Below are positions 29,404 to 38,540 of a stretch of 64,000 nucleotides of DNA, piece by piece. The notes beneath the pieces are model-generated. The model was given only the letters and a program-made list of their open reading frames with translations. It had not been told where the DNA came from and ran no database searches. Location: positions 64,001 through 128,000 of the forward strand of contig JBITAJ010000012.1 in NCBI GenBank assembly GCA_044440125.1, read 5' to 3'. The position numbers and the translations under genes are program-made. Source of the DNA: Sedimentisphaeraceae bacterium JB056 (GTDB lineage Bacteria; Planctomycetota; Phycisphaerae; Sedimentisphaerales; Sedimentisphaeraceae). How positions within the stretch are numbered: the stretch's first letter is position 1; each line of letters starts with the position of its first letter.

Positions 29404-30552
29404 TTACGATAAGCGATTCTTGAAATCTTCATATGTGAAGTGTCGTTGGAGTTTCAATTTGTCGGTGTCAGGGTCGTATGTTACTATGTCTGGCAGGTTT
29501 ATGCCGTTGAACATATTGTTTTTAACCATTGAGTAGATGCTCATATCGTGGAATACGAGGCGGTCGCCGATTTTAAGCGGCTCGTTGAATGCGTATTTTC
29601 CGATGATATCTCCGGCAAGACAGGTTGGGCCTGCGAAGCGGTAGCAGTATGGGGCGTTGCCTTTTTCGAAGCTGTTTTCAACGTGCGGGCGGTACGGCAT
29701 TTCCAGTACGTCCGGCATATGAGCAGCAGCGGAAGTATCGAGAATTGCGATCGGCATATCACGTTCGATAATATCGAGAACTGTGCTGACGAGGAATCCG
29801 GTATTGAGAGCCACAGCCTCGCCCGGTTCCAGATACACCTTCACGTTATAGCGATTCTGGAAGTCGGTTATCAGTCTGCAAAGCAGGTCAACATCGTAAT
29901 CTTCGCGGGTTATGTGGTGGCCGCCGCCAAAGTTAACCCAGTCCATTTGCGGCAGGTATTTACCGAATTTTTCCTCAACAGCAACGAGAGTTCGTTCGAG
30001 TGCATCGCTTCCAAGCTCGCAGAGCGTATGGAAATGTATGCCGTTTATGCCTTCGAGGTTTTTGCCCTCAAATTCCTCGGCAAGGATTCCCATTCGCGAA
30101 CCCGGCGAACATGGGTCGTAGATGGCTGTTTTTACTTCGCTATGACGCGGGTTTACACGAAGCCCGCATTCGGGTCTCCGGCCGCTCTTTTCAACAAGCG
30201 GCTTGTAAAGCTCCCACTGGCTGAACGAATTGAACACGATATGGTCGCATATTTCGAGGTATTTGTCGAACTCATCTGGGCGAAATCCCGGTGCGCAAAG
30301 GTGCACTTCGCCGCGGAACTCCTCTTTTGAAAGCCGAGCCTCAAAAAGCGAACTTGCCGCCGCTCCAACAAGATATTCACGGCACAAATCAAACGTTGAC
30401 CATGCGGCATAGCCCTTGAGAGCAAGCATTATCTTACAGCCGGTTCTATCCTGAACGCTTTTGAGCAGTTCGAGATTTTTCAGCAGTAATCCGCGATCAA
30501 TCACGTAACACGGCGTTGCAGGTTCGTTTATGTTAAAATTTATCGGGTTCAT
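29404..30552 (-). CDS. nspC: Carboxynorspermidine decarboxylase
   Basis: LALKG, YDPCSPGSRMG, HFHTLCE, NFGGGHHITR, HMPDVLEMPY, PTCLAGD. Confidence 0.95.
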   Translation of the reverse strand: MNPINFNINEPATPCYVIDRGLLLKNLELLKSVQDRTGCKIMLALKGYAAWSTFDLCREYLVGAAASSLFEARLSKEEFRGEVHLCAPGFRPDEFDKYLEICDHIVFNSFSQWELYKPLVEKSGRRPECGLRVNPRHSEVKTAIYDPCSPGSRMGILAEEFEGKNLEGINGIHFHTLCELGSDALERTLVAVEEKFGKYLPQMDWVNFGGGHHITREDYDVDLLCRLITDFQNRYNVKVYLEPGEAVALNTGFLVSTVLDIIERDMPIAILDTSAAAHMPDVLEMPYRPHVENSFEKGNAPYCYRFAGPTCLAGDIIGKYAFNEPLKIGDRLVFHDMSIYSMVKNNMFNGINLPDIVTYDPDTDKLKLQRHFTYEDFKNRLS

Positions 30553-30599
30553 AGGAGCGTATTTTAAATGCTTTGGGATAATAGGCAAGTTTTTTTTAT

Positions 30600-30638
30600 T
30601 TGAAATCAGAACTGATACAGTATATACTTCGTATATAC
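30600..30638 (+). promoter_or_regulatory. TA promoter and operator
   Basis: TTGAAA-N17-TATACT overlapped by the double palindrome GTATATAC-TTC-GTATATAC (30620-30638). Confidence 0.7.
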
Positions 30639-30653
30639 ATAGGAGATACTGAT

Positions 30654-30881
30654 ATGATTAAAAATTTAACAAAACATGGTAATAGTTACGCTATTGTTAT
30701 CGATAAGCCCATACTTGAGCTGCTCAAAGCAACTCCTGAAACGCCGTTTGAGATAATTTCTGACGGCAGATCACTGGTTTTGACACCAGTAAGGACGGAA
30801 GAGCAGGAAGAAAAATTTGAGCAGGCAATGTCAATGATTCATAAAAGATTCGGCAAGGCGATGAAAAAACTGGCAGAATAA
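30654..30881 (+). CDS. AbrB/MazE-type antitoxin
   Basis: KNLTKHGNSYAIVIDKPILELL swapped-hairpin motif; AGGAG RBS. Confidence 0.88.
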   Translation: MIKNLTKHGNSYAIVIDKPILELLKATPETPFEIISDGRSLVLTPVRTEEQEEKFEQAMSMIHKRFGKAMKKLAE

Positions 30882-31277
30882 ATGGTACCACAGAGTATAA
30901 TTTTTCTCGATTTTGGCAAAATTCTCCGTATTCATAACGAATTAATAGCTCACTACGGAGGTTCGCACGGAATTCGTGATTCAGAGCTTCTTAAGTCTGC
31001 GGTAGAAATGCCTGTTGCTTCATTCGATGGTCGCTATCTTCATCAAAATATTTTTGAGATGGCTGCCGCTTATATGTATCACATAACACAAAATCATCCA
31101 TTCATTGATGGTAACAAAAGAGTTGGTGCTGCTTCAGCAATAATCTTTCTTTCAATCAATGATATTGAAATTGAAAATGATCAGGATGGGTTAATAGAAC
31201 TTAGTTTGAAAGTAGCTTCTGGTAAGGCCTATAAAGAACAAATTGCAGATTTTTTTAGAAAAAACGCAATTAGATAG
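30882..31277 (+). CDS. doc: Death-on-curing (Doc/Fic) toxin
   Basis: HPFIDGNKRVG Doc motif. Confidence 0.92.
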   Translation: MVPQSIIFLDFGKILRIHNELIAHYGGSHGIRDSELLKSAVEMPVASFDGRYLHQNIFEMAAAYMYHITQNHPFIDGNKRVGAASAIIFLSINDIEIENDQDGLIELSLKVASGKAYKEQIADFFRKNAIR

Positions 31278-31280
31278 ATG

Positions 31281-31320
31281 AAAAGGACGAACGTTTTTGG
31301 CGTTCGTCCTTGGGTTTTTT
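31281..31320. terminator. Hairpin/terminator between convergent doc and carboxynorspermidine dehydrogenase genes
   Basis: AAGGACGAACG / CGTTCGTCCTT 11-bp stem. Confidence 0.75.
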
Positions 31321-31344
31321 GTCAATAATCTTGGTTTTCAGCTT

Positions 31345-32538
31345 TTATACGCTGAAATTGAAATCGCAGTCTATTACTTTCCACGGGAGGCCGTGATTGT
31401 TGAGCATTTCCATGAATGGATCAGGGTCGAACTGCTCCATATTGTAAACGCCATCTTTTTTCCACTTTCCGGTAAGCACCATTGCCGCACCGATCATTGC
31501 CGGTACGCCGGTTGTGTATGAAACTGCCTGAGCGCCAACTTCTTTGAAGCATTCGGCATGGTCGCATACGTTATAGATCATGATTTTCTTTTTCTGTCCA
31601 TCCTTGATGCCTTCTATAATGGTTCCTATGCAGGTCTTGCCCTGATAGTTTGTACCAAGTGATCCGGGATCCGGCAGTACAGCCTTCAAAAATTGCAGCG
31701 GCACAATCTCTTTGCCTTCATACATCACAGGCTCAATGCTTGTCATACCCACATTCTGCAGTACGCGAAGGTGTGTTATGTATTCCTGCCCGAATGTCAT
31801 CCAGAAGCGAATGCGTTTTAGCCCATTGATGTGCTTAACGAGCGACTCTTCCTCTTCGTGATAGAGCAGGTAGCCCTTGCGAACGCCAACTTCCGGAAAA
31901 TCGATGTCATCAGAGATGCTCATCGCAGGAATCTCTTTCCATTGTCCCTCTTCCCAGTATTTACCGGGCTGAGTAATCTCACGGATGTTGATTTCCGGGT
32001 TGAAGTTTGTCGCGAACGGATGCCCGTGATCGCCGGCATTACAGTCTACGATGTCAACATAATGTATCTCATCGAAATAATGCTTCTGTGCATATGCGCA
32101 GAAAACGTTTGTTACGCCCGGATCGAATCCGCTGCCCAGAAGTGCCATTATACCGGCATCTTTGAATCTGTCCTGATACGCCCACTGCCATTTGTACTCG
32201 AATTTTGCCTCATCGATAGGTTCGTAGTTGGCGGTGTCGAGATAGTCCACACCACATTCGAGAGCCGCATCCATTATCGGCAGGTCCTGATATGGCAGCG
32301 CCACATTCAAGACCAAATCCGGTTTGAAGTCTTTTATCAATGCCGCAACCTGCGATGCATCATCAGCATCGACCTGTGCGGTCTTTATTTCTCTGTCGAG
32401 TTCTGCCGCGATTTTGTCGCATTTGCTCTTTGTCCTGCTGGCAAGACAAATCTCCGTAAAAACTTCCGGCAGAGCGGCACATTTCTTGACAACAACGTTG
32501 CCCACGCCGCCTGCACCAATAATCAATACTTTGCTCAA
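31345..32538 (-). CDS. Carboxy(nor)spermidine dehydrogenase (saccharopine-dehydrogenase family)
   Basis: VLIIGAGGVG, YLDTANYE, GFDPGVTN, FATNFNPEINIREI, QAVSYTTGVPA; TTG start after GGAG overlapping the upstream stop (TTGA). Confidence 0.93.
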   Translation of the reverse strand: MSKVLIIGAGGVGNVVVKKCAALPEVFTEICLASRTKSKCDKIAAELDREIKTAQVDADDASQVAALIKDFKPDLVLNVALPYQDLPIMDAALECGVDYLDTANYEPIDEAKFEYKWQWAYQDRFKDAGIMALLGSGFDPGVTNVFCAYAQKHYFDEIHYVDIVDCNAGDHGHPFATNFNPEINIREITQPGKYWEEGQWKEIPAMSISDDIDFPEVGVRKGYLLYHEEEESLVKHINGLKRIRFWMTFGQEYITHLRVLQNVGMTSIEPVMYEGKEIVPLQFLKAVLPDPGSLGTNYQGKTCIGTIIEGIKDGQKKKIMIYNVCDHAECFKEVGAQAVSYTTGVPAMIGAAMVLTGKWKKDGVYNMEQFDPDPFMEMLNNHGLPWKVIDCDFNFSV

Positions 32539-34268
32539 TGTACTTTCTCCTTTATCTGCTTCTCTGTAGCAATTACTTCTGCAATATTCACAAGATGATC
32601 CTTGATCTTTCTGTATGATGTCAGAATATCGGTGTATGAGAGGCTCTTGAGCGGACTTATTGAGCCGGTACTTACCCTGTCGAGGTGACGGGTTCTGCAC
32701 TGTTTCATAAGACGCGTAATCTTCTCACCTTTTATAACGGCAGCTTCACGAACTGCTTCTCCAACATTCATCTTCTTAATATCCTCACCAAGCATATTGA
32801 CCATATCTTTTACCTCTTCGTGAAGAGATACCAGATCATCGAGTCCTTCACCGGATATCTTATCCTGAATATCGCGTATTTTCAAGTTCAATTTCAGGAT
32901 GGTGGCCAGATAGTCGCTCACAGATTCCACTTCATCGGCAATCCTGATTTGTCTGTACGCATCAAAAGATATTTCAGGAAGCCCTGAGCTTGACATAAGT
33001 CCTGAGACGTATTCAGTTATTTCTTTCTGCACCAGGTCAAGCTTCTGTTCACTGTTCATTATCTCTTCGCATTCTTCCTGCAGGAATTTCTGTTTCTCTA
33101 TAACTTGCTGCAATTGGTCGAATATCGCTGGAAGCATGAAATACATATTAATAGTTTCACGCATTGATTGCTGAATACTGATTGCCGGTGTTTCGTATAC
33201 GAGCGGATCGAGATGAGTATATTTGATTTCTGTTGTCTTTATGCCCTTATCCGGTGCTATTTTTTCGAGTACCTTTGCAATATATCCTATCATTGGCAGC
33301 AGGATTATAACGTTTACGAGGTTGAATCCTGTATGAACAGCCGCGATGTTGGCTGCCATATGTGGGAAAGTAGCAAGCCCGTCATCGCCAATCACAGAAT
33401 AGCCCGGATCAGAGCTTATGAGCCATACTATTGCTTTTATATAGATACCGAAGATTGCCGTGATCCATAATACGCCGAACACATTGACGAAAATATGGGC
33501 GTAGGATGCACGTTTTGCATTTACCGAAGCTCCAAGTGATGCAAGGTAGGCGGTTATGGTAGTACCGATATTTTCACCGAGGACAAGTGCTGCGGCGGTT
33601 GGGAAATCGATGATTCCTACTGTTGCCAGCGAGATCGTTATACCCAGCGTTGCCGAGGATGACTGTACTATAGCAGTAAGAACAGCACCTACAAGGCAGC
33701 ATTTTATAACGCTGAAATATACTATGTCACCTGCTTCATTACACGGGCTGAACCTGGAGAACCACATTTGGAAGCCTTCCATGCTTCTGAGCGGCTTGAA
33801 ACCATTTTTCATAAGCTCAAGGCCGAAGAAAATCATACCCAGACCCAGAAGAAGCATAAAGGTATATTTGAGCTTGTCTTTACGGCTGAAAAGATAGAAT
33901 AGGGCAGAGACACCGATAATAGGCAGGCCGTATTTACCTACTTTGAGGGCAAGTATCCAGCCGGTAATCGTAGTACCGATATTGGCACCGAGTATCACGC
34001 CGATTGATTGTACCAGCGACATCACGCCGGCGTTGACCATACCTACAGCCATAACAGTTGTGATTGAACTGGACTGGATGAGACAGGTAACCATAACTCC
34101 AACAAGACAGGCGAGTATCCTGTTATTGGTTACTGCGTTTATGAGGCTTCTAAGCCTGTCGCCGGCTACAGCCTGCATACCGTCTGACATGTACCTCATT
34201 CCAAGAAGGAATATACCCAGTCCACCTGCTACTTGAAAAACTATTTCGGTTATAAGTGACGCATTCAT
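32535..34268 (-). CDS. Na+/phosphate cotransporter with PhoU-like C-terminus
   Basis: Two QSSS motifs, GANIGTT/GENIGTT repeats. Confidence 0.92.
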   Translation of the reverse strand: MNASLITEIVFQVAGGLGIFLLGMRYMSDGMQAVAGDRLRSLINAVTNNRILACLVGVMVTCLIQSSSITTVMAVGMVNAGVMSLVQSIGVILGANIGTTITGWILALKVGKYGLPIIGVSALFYLFSRKDKLKYTFMLLLGLGMIFFGLELMKNGFKPLRSMEGFQMWFSRFSPCNEAGDIVYFSVIKCCLVGAVLTAIVQSSSATLGITISLATVGIIDFPTAAALVLGENIGTTITAYLASLGASVNAKRASYAHIFVNVFGVLWITAIFGIYIKAIVWLISSDPGYSVIGDDGLATFPHMAANIAAVHTGFNLVNVIILLPMIGYIAKVLEKIAPDKGIKTTEIKYTHLDPLVYETPAISIQQSMRETINMYFMLPAIFDQLQQVIEKQKFLQEECEEIMNSEQKLDLVQKEITEYVSGLMSSSGLPEISFDAYRQIRIADEVESVSDYLATILKLNLKIRDIQDKISGEGLDDLVSLHEEVKDMVNMLGEDIKKMNVGEAVREAAVIKGEKITRLMKQCRTRHLDRVSTGSISPLKSLSYTDILTSYRKIKDHLVNIAEVIATEKQIKEKVH

Positions 34269-34363
34269 GAAATTATAGTTCCTATCTAATTTTGCTTCTG
34301 GTTTTAAACGAACCTATAGCGGGGAATTTTAACAAAATTCTTACAGATTGCTAACAGTTTATT

Positions 34364-34391
34364 TTAAACCGTCCCCGAAGGGACGGTAAAA
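34364..34391 (-). terminator. Terminator after the aminotransferase
   Basis: ACCGTCCC-TTCG-GGGACGGT stem on the minus strand followed by T run. Confidence 0.75.
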
Positions 34392-34402
34392 TTTTAGATA
34401 TT

Positions 34403-35515
34403 TTAAGCCAGCGAGTTGAGTATCTTTAAGCCTTCGGCTATTTTTTCGTCAGTAGTAGCGTAACTTATCCTGAAATGAGTATCTCTTTGGCTGAAAATAC
34501 CGCCGGGGATAATCAAAACGTTGTTCTTTATCGCTCTCTCGACGAATTCAGTGGCGTTTCCTTCAGGCGTTTCAACGAACATGTAGAATGCGCCTTCCGG
34601 TTTTACAATATTGAACTTGTCTTTCAGACCGTTATAAATTGTATCTCTTTTTTTGGCATAAGAGTTTACATAACTGCTCACGTCGCAATCTAGGGCAGCC
34701 AGTGCGGCTTTCTGGAAAGGTGTAGGTGCACATACAAATGTGTACTGCTGGAGCTTTGTCATCTCGTTCAGTAGTGGTGTAAGTGACTTGTTTACAGCGA
34801 CATATGCCATTCTCCATCCTGTCATGGCGTAGCTCTTGCTGAAGCCTTTGAGCAGTACGGTCTTTTCATATATGCTTGCCGGTGACGGGCATTTGTCAAG
34901 ATAGCAGAATTTGTCGTATATCTCATCACTCATTATGATCAGGTCGTGTTTCTTTGCTACCTCAACGGCTTCCTCAACATCTTTCTGGCTGTAAACAAAG
35001 CCTGTCGGGTTAGCAGGTGAGTTCATTATGATGAGCTTTGTCTTATCTGTTACTGCTGCCTCAAGCTTCTCTGCCGAGAGTTTGAAATCTGGGTATGTGT
35101 CCACATAAACACATTTGCCGCCAAGAAGATGTATGACATGTTTGTATATAACGAAATAAGGGTCGGGAATTATGACCTCATCGCCTGGATTGATGAGCGA
35201 CATGAAAACCAGAAGCAGAGCTCCGCTGACGCCGCTTGCAACCATTGTTTGAGGGTCTTCCCAGCCGTATTCCTCTGCGGTTTTTTTTGCAAGTGCTTCT
35301 CTGAGCTCCGGGATACCTGATGTTAGCGAGTATCTGTTGTGTCCTTGTTCAATCGCTTCAATCGCGGCATTCTTTATAACCTGAGGCACGTCAAAATCGG
35401 GCAGCCCGATGGAAAAGTTTACCGGATCTTTCATTGTAGCGGCAAGATCGAATACTTTCCTTATACCGCTCGAATCTATAAGTGATGTTCTGTCTGCTAA
35501 ATAGTTTTTTGCCAT
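34403..35515 (-). CDS. PLP-dependent aminotransferase class I/II
   Basis: NSPANPTG, SDEIY, GFSKSYAMTGWR, PEGAFY. Confidence 0.93.
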   Translation of the reverse strand: MAKNYLADRTSLIDSSGIRKVFDLAATMKDPVNFSIGLPDFDVPQVIKNAAIEAIEQGHNRYSLTSGIPELREALAKKTAEEYGWEDPQTMVASGVSGALLLVFMSLINPGDEVIIPDPYFVIYKHVIHLLGGKCVYVDTYPDFKLSAEKLEAAVTDKTKLIIMNSPANPTGFVYSQKDVEEAVEVAKKHDLIIMSDEIYDKFCYLDKCPSPASIYEKTVLLKGFSKSYAMTGWRMAYVAVNKSLTPLLNEMTKLQQYTFVCAPTPFQKAALAALDCDVSSYVNSYAKKRDTIYNGLKDKFNIVKPEGAFYMFVETPEGNATEFVERAIKNNVLIIPGGIFSQRDTHFRISYATTDEKIAEGLKILNSLA

Positions 35516-35798
35516 CCCGTTAACCTCTATGCGTAAAAAGTGTGAGTGATCTGTTATATTTGCGATGAAAATCGAATTTCACGCGATATTTAATACGGCT
35601 TAAGCTGTGAGTTGGTAATCGTTGGTATGTATTTGTCTGCGCAGCTAAAATGCCGCCATTTGGGATGGTTAATCACCGAATGAGCGGCATGGAAATTCGA
35701 ACCGCATATATGAAAGAAAAATGGGCATTGATTTCAAGCAAGGTTCAATCAGTCTTATTTTGTTTAATAAGAGCACAATAACCCAGCCAGAATCAAAG

Positions 35799-35990
35799 TT
35801 ATTCTTCTTCTTTCTTCTTTTTCGCGCCTGCAACAGCTTTACGGTTAGAAACCTTAGGCAAGCCGGTTACACCGTTGCTGTCTTCCCATGAACCTTCGTC
35901 CATAAGTTTCAAAATACGCTCATCCCTTGAAAGTACATTTCTGTGCCTGTTAAGGGCATTGTTTACCTTTAATGAACGATCAATTGACAT
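35799..35990 (-). CDS. PVC-superphylum small basic protein
   Basis: MSIDRSLK...RHRNVLSRDERI...GLPKV signature of the Planctomycetes/Verrucomicrobia/Chlamydiae small basic protein. Confidence 0.85.
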   Translation of the reverse strand: MSIDRSLKVNNALNRHRNVLSRDERILKLMDEGSWEDSNGVTGLPKVSNRKAVAGAKKKKEEE

Positions 35991-36144
35991 CTTTATTACT
36001 CCTGTTTATCGTTATTTCTTATATTCTGAATATTAATAGTTACATCATAAACGAAAACACGCGGTATTATACCTTTAAAGGTGTTTTCGTCCATGTTTTT
36101 TTTCAAAAACCACCGGTAACACCCGGTTGTTTCATTGTTAAGGA

Positions 36145-36336
36145 TTAATCCTTAAATTTATCAGCCTTGCCGTCACCCTTATGGATGTCGAAGTATATTT
36201 CTTTACGGTGTACACTGACTTCAGAAGGAGCCTTGATTCCAAGACGAACCTTGCCGCCTCTTACATCAACTATCCTTATCTCTACATCGTCACCAATTAT
36301 TATTGATTCCTCTTTTTGTCTGCTTAGTACCAGCAT
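36145..36336 (-). CDS. csrA: Carbon storage regulator CsrA
   Basis: [17 protein letters not shown]...[18 protein letters not shown]. Confidence 0.93.
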   Translation of the reverse strand: MLVLSRQKEESIIIGDDVEIRIVDVRGGKVRLGIKAPSEVSVHRKEIYFDIHKGDGKADKFKD

Positions 36337-36490
36337 AAAGATTCCATTCCCGCCGCAATAATAAAAATACACAAAAACTATAAGACAATTATAACACCAA
36401 ACTCATTATTGACAAGAATTAATATTAACCTTGTCTGATTCTAATGTTATGATCGCCGTTACTGTACCTAACTAACCCAAATAAGAGCGA

Positions 36491-37483
36491 TCAGAATTGG
36501 TCGAGGAACCGCATGTCGTTTTCATACAGCAGACGTATATCGTATATGCCGTACTTACGCATTGCGAGCCTCTCAATTCCGAAACCAAAAGCCCATCCGG
36601 TGTATTTTTCGCTGTCGATACCGACAGAATCAAATACGTTCGGGTCGACCATACCGCAGCCACCCATTTCAACCCAGCTTTCACTGCCGTCTTTGCCGGT
36701 AAATAGAAGGTCTATTTCCGCACTTGGCTCTGTGAACGGGAAGAAACTTGGCCTGAAACGCCATTTTGTTCCTTTTCCGAAGAAAGTCTGGATGAACTGA
36801 TCGATTGTTGTTTTCATATCGACCATTGTTACACCTTCATCAACAACGAGTGCTTCGAGCTGATGAAACATGAACATATGCGTTGCGTCGACGGTATCAG
36901 GACGGTAAACCCTTCCCGGAGCCACTACCCTTATAGGCGGCTTGGTATTTTCCATCACGCGTATTTGTATCGTGGATGTCTGGGTTCTAAGCAGGGTGCT
37001 TTGGTCAATGTAGAAGTTATCAAGCGGGTCTCTGGCCGGATGCTCAGGAGGAATGTTGAGTGCAATGAAGTTGTGCCACTCATCCTCTACTTCCGGGCCG
37101 TAAGCTACACCAAAACCCATTCGCCCGAATATCTCCAGTAATTCGTTTGTTGTCTCACTTATTACGTGAGGTTTTCCAACGCTTACCGGGATACCTGGCA
37201 AAGTAACATCCTCTATCGGGCCGGAAGCTTTTTTGCTGTCGGCACCCATAGCCTGCTTAACCTCTTCAAAGGCAGCAGTTACTTCTTTTTTTATCTTGTT
37301 CGCAAGCTGTCCCGCAGCGGCTCTGTCTTCCTTGGCAACTTTGCCAATCTGACTTAACATCTGCGTAACATGGCCTTTGCGACCAAGGTATTTTATCCTG
37401 AACTCCTCCAGAGAGCTTCCGTCAGATATCTGCGAAAGCTTCTGAAGGGCTGATTTTCCGATGTTTTCAAACTCTTTAAGCAT
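36491..37483 (-). CDS. pheS: Phenylalanine-tRNA ligase alpha subunit
   Basis: HPARD, LRTQTS, FHQLE, FPFTEPS, AFGFGIERLAM. Confidence 0.98.
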   Translation of the reverse strand: MLKEFENIGKSALQKLSQISDGSSLEEFRIKYLGRKGHVTQMLSQIGKVAKEDRAAAGQLANKIKKEVTAAFEEVKQAMGADSKKASGPIEDVTLPGIPVSVGKPHVISETTNELLEIFGRMGFGVAYGPEVEDEWHNFIALNIPPEHPARDPLDNFYIDQSTLLRTQTSTIQIRVMENTKPPIRVVAPGRVYRPDTVDATHMFMFHQLEALVVDEGVTMVDMKTTIDQFIQTFFGKGTKWRFRPSFFPFTEPSAEIDLLFTGKDGSESWVEMGGCGMVDPNVFDSVGIDSEKYTGWAFGFGIERLAMRKYGIYDIRLLYENDMRFLDQF

Positions 37484-37508
37484 TTTTGATCTGTACCAGA
37501 TTTGCGGC

Positions 37509-37865
37509 TTAGGCTAAAGCTGCCTTTGCCTGCTCAACGATCTGAGTGAATGCTTCTGCATCACATACAGCAATCTCACTGAGCATTTTTCTGTTTAGAT
37601 TGATATTAGCTTTCTTGCAGCCGTTCATGAACTGGCTGTAGTTGATTCCGTTGAGGCTGCATGCAGCGCTTAGACGTGTGATCCAGAGTGCACGGAATTG
37701 TCTTTTACGTTGTTTACGTCCTACTCTTGCGTTGACGCCCGCTCTTACAGCGGCTTCTTTTGCAAGACGAAGCTGGCGACCGGCTGATCCGCGGTGGCCT
37801 TTAACTGCTTTTAACACTCTGTTGCTTGACTGCCTTCTGGCAGCGCCATTCTTTACTCTTGGCAT
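37509..37865 (-). CDS. rplT: 50S ribosomal protein L20
   Basis: MPRVK...RKQRKRQFRALWITR...LNRKMLSEIA. Confidence 0.97.
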   Translation of the reverse strand: MPRVKNGAARRQSSNRVLKAVKGHRGSAGRQLRLAKEAAVRAGVNARVGRKQRKRQFRALWITRLSAACSLNGINYSQFMNGCKKANINLNRKMLSEIAVCDAEAFTQIVEQAKAALA

Positions 37866-37952
37866 ATTCAGCTTTCCTTTCGTTTTATTCCCGCTGGCGG
37901 CAGCTGATTGTGATAGCCATTTGGCGTATCCTAAAGCCGAGAAGCGGAGTTT

Positions 37953-38043
37953 TTTAAGTAATAAGTTTTAAGTAATAAGTTTTAAGTTAGATGTTGGCTT
38001 TGCCGTGTTCTCTGCGAACTACGAACCGCGAACTAATAACTAT
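37953..38043. repeat. Opposed heptamer tandem arrays between rpmI and rplT
   Basis: TTTAAGT/AATAAGT x5 facing GCGAACT/ACGAACC/GCGAACT/AATAACT. Confidence 0.7.
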
Positions 38044-38048
38044 GTTAC

Positions 38049-38258
38049 TTATTTAACCTTTGTAGCAAGGTGAAGAAGCTTACGCACAGTTGGCGCAAAC
38101 TCATCAGAAATCATACCGGGAGCACCGAGATTACGACGACGCTTTGGAGACATCGCACTCATCAGGTGGCTGCCGCCGGCCTTCTTGTTCTTGAGCTTAC
38201 CACTTGCTGTTACCTTGATTCTTTTTGCAAGGCCTTTGTGTGTTTTAAGCTTAGGCAT
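38049..38258 (-). CDS. rpmI: 50S ribosomal protein L35
   Basis: MPKLKTHKGLAKRIKVTASGK. Confidence 0.96.
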   Translation of the reverse strand: MPKLKTHKGLAKRIKVTASGKLKNKKAGGSHLMSAMSPKRRRNLGAPGMISDEFAPTVRKLLHLATKVK

Positions 38259-38540
38259 TTCGTTTTAACCTTTCAATATGTTATGACGCCGAAAAAACAC
38301 ACCTTTAATAAGGTGTCAATTGTACGTTTTTACCGGTGACTTTATTTAATATTCAAAGTTACAGACTTTGAAAACATCTTTCGAAAATACGATAAAGGCC
38401 GATAGTATAATAGAACAGGCAGCCCTTAGCAAGTTTAAAATGGCTTTTAAACGAGGTTTTTAGCAGGCTGGCTACGTTAAAATAGTTAGCCTAAAGCCCT
38501 CAATATTAACCGCATATCGCTTTGCTGCTATAGTAATTGG

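Noticed and set aside
32539..32700. N-terminal extension of the carboxynorspermidine dehydrogenase in the ORF track
   Set aside because: Overlaps the Na/Pi transporter; the TTG at 32538 with a GGAG RBS is the better start
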